Positions 63,385-64,000 of a stretch of 64,000 nt of DNA are shown piece by piece (the stretch's first letter is position 1; every line of letters begins with the position of its first letter). Location of the stretch: assembly GCA_031262385.1 (NCBI GenBank), contig JAISHU010000024.1, positions 318 through 64,317 on the forward strand. The letters are read 5' to 3'. A model generated the notes under the pieces. That model saw nothing but the letters and a program-made list of their open reading frames with translations, had not been told where the DNA came from and did not search any database. A program made the translations under genes and the position numbers. The stretch is from Mediterranea sp. (GTDB lineage Bacteria > Bacteroidota > Bacteroidia > Bacteroidales > Bacteroidaceae).

Positions 63385-64000
63385 ATGAATGTAGCAGTGA
63401 TTTTAGCCGGAGGCACCGGCTCACGTTTGGGTGGCGACTTGCCCAAACAGTTTCTGACGGTTGGCGGTCGCATGGTCATCGAATATAGTGTAGATGCCTT
63501 TGAGCAACACAGCGGCATTGATGAGATTTGTATTGTCTGCCATGCCGATTACCTCAATAGAATGCAGTGCATTGTGCAAGCAAATGCTTGGGCAAAGGTG
63601 CGCAAGGTGCTGACCGGTGGCAAGGAGCGCTATCAGTCGTGCATGGCGGCGATTCAAGCCTACGATGCCGACGATAATCTGCTGTTGCACGATGCGGCAC
63701 GCCCGTTGGTAAGCCAACGCATCATTACGGATTGTCTGGAAGCCTTGCGCACCTGCTCCGCCGTGGGCGTGGCTGTCCCTGCCACCGATACCGTTGTGGA
63801 AGTCGACGAACACAACCGCCTGAAATGTGTACTTCGCCGTGCCACGCTTCGCAACATGCAGACCCCCCAATGCTTCCGCCAATCCACTATTTTGCAGGCT
63901 TATGCCTTAGCCTTGCAAGACCCCGCTTTCTGTGCTACCGACGATTGTAGTGTGGTGCGGCAATACCTGCCCGAGGTACCTGTCTGTCTGGTCGAAGGCG
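63385..64000 (+). CDS. IspD/TarI family cytidylyltransferase (runs off the window end)
   Basis: Translated by hand: MNVAVILAGGTGSRLGGDLPKQFL...GGKERYQS...HDAARP...QTPQCF...TDD. Absent from the ORF track because there is no stop in the window. Confidence 0.92.
   Translation, partial: MNVAVILAGGTGSRLGGDLPKQFLTVGGRMVIEYSVDAFEQHSGIDEICIVCHADYLNRMQCIVQANAWAKVRKVLTGGKERYQSCMAAIQAYDADDNLLLHDAARPLVSQRIITDCLEALRTCSAVGVAVPATDTVVEVDEHNRLKCVLRRATLRNMQTPQCFRQSTILQAYALALQDPAFCATDDCSVVRQYLPEVPVCLVEG

Overview
A Bacteroidales (Bacteroides-like) chromosomal window. The assignment rests on TAnnTTTG -7 promoter boxes, a SusC/SusD pair and a short Bacteroidota-type primary sigma factor. Most of it is housekeeping (mutS, dnaG, rpoD, degP, zapA-rny, cutC, bioBA-bioF, crp/fnr, mfd, ispD-like, tRNA-Pro) mixed with glycan-utilisation genes (esterase fusion, GH3, a small GH127/146 PUL, GH43), a TonB/DUF4374/PepSY uptake operon and a hicAB islet beside tRNA-Pro. 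The most unusual signal is non-coding: a ~560-bp intergenic element present four times (9255-9812, 18595-19162 inverted, 38869-39380, 51567-52123). It has no transposase and contains two phased 21-22-bp repeat arrays and a 16-bp palindrome with a compensatory change. Its internal spacing is exactly conserved, even across a 64-bp segment whose sequence is largely replaced in one copy, and the copies are mosaics of each other. Also notable: an in-frame TAA in rpoD, a second ~65-bp palindromic repeat family at gene 3' ends, and long-range inverted repeats around hicA and hicB. All product calls come from motif recognition and recall, not database searches.
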